A stretch of 64,000 nucleotides of DNA from an uncultured Chloroflexia bacterium (GTDB lineage Bacteria; Chloroflexota; Anaerolineae; Anaerolineales; UBA4823): positions 106,660 to 170,659 of the forward strand of contig CAWHGE010000009.1 in NCBI GenBank assembly GCA_963828845.1, read 5' to 3'. A program made the position numbers and the translations under genes. Numbering within the stretch: the first letter of the stretch is position 1; each line of letters begins with the position of its first letter. Shown piece after piece: positions 63,554 through 64,000 of the stretch. The notes under the pieces were generated by a model, which was not told the DNA's origin, made no database searches, and was given only the letters and a program-made list of their open reading frames with translations.

Positions 63554-64000
63554 TCATGCCATTGCCCCTGCCTCATCCGCCACGGCTTCAAATTGAGCGT
63601 CCAGCTCCCCTTGTGATACTTTGGCGGAGAACAGCATACCCCCAACTAAAAACAGGATTGCCGAAATGATAAACAGGTTCATGAAAGCGGTCCTGGTCAT
63701 ATTGACCAGCAACACCCCAAAGATCACCGAGGAAAGCGCTCCGGATAGCCCGGTTGACAGGTTGTTATAAGCCATATATTTCCCCGCTTCATCCTTCGGT
63801 GAGAGGTCACTCGCCAGGGCTGGGGCAGTCGCCAGGATTGGTCCCATGGCAATCGAACGCAGCGCTGTGAGCACCAGGAAAAGTAGGAAATTGCTGGTTA
63901 GCCCCATCAACAAGGTACTCACCGCACAGGCGTACATTGCCCATAAGATCATGGAACGCCGCCCGATCTTATCCGAAAGGATGCCCGCACCTAACGCTGA
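63554..64000 (-). CDS. MFS transporter, C-terminal part (5' end outside the window)
   Basis: GILSDKIGRR MFS motif at the window end, followed by hydrophobic helices. Confidence 0.8.
   Translation of the reverse strand, partial: SALGAGILSDKIGRRSMILWAMYACAVSTLLMGLTSNFLLFLVLTALRSIAMGPILATAPALASDLSPKDEAGKYMAYNNLSTGLSGALSSVIFGVLLVNMTRTAFMNLFIISAILFLVGGMLFSAKVSQGELDAQFEAVADEAGAMA

Overview
A 64-kb core-chromosome segment from an Anaerolineae-like (Chloroflexota) bacterium, judged from the 16S sequence and gene content. It contains: a tightly coupled operon of unknown function (DUF6754-like protein, three more membrane proteins, and a GlmL/MutL-like actin-fold protein cut by the window start); PFOR with a DHOD-like gene; infA and rpsU; a complete rRNA operon (16S-tRNA-Ile-tRNA-Ala-23S-5S, minus strand) with tandem promoters; dnaX-ybaB-recR; zwf; a CapA-family gene; queG; two NBR1-Ig-like lipoproteins; miaB; a degenerate PyrD/PyrK-like pair; an SPFH gene followed by a selenocysteine-containing selD (in-frame UGA plus SECIS-like hairpin); ggt; a bactofilin-rhomboid-Clp-fold protease cluster; etfBA with an acyl-CoA dehydrogenase; tRNA-Val; a multi-GAF kinase/receiver/PP2C cluster; hutI; a solo PD-(D/E)XK nuclease; a LysM/M23 peptidase; three tandem M42 peptidases; greA-lysS; and a small islet bounded by copies of the lysS 3' end. 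Many genes, including normally essential ones, are split by small indels. These are most likely long-read sequencing errors, so split ORFs are merged here. Family names come from recognising motifs by eye, not from database searches. The best candidate for an undescribed system is the GlmL-like/DUF6754-like membrane operon at 1-5397.
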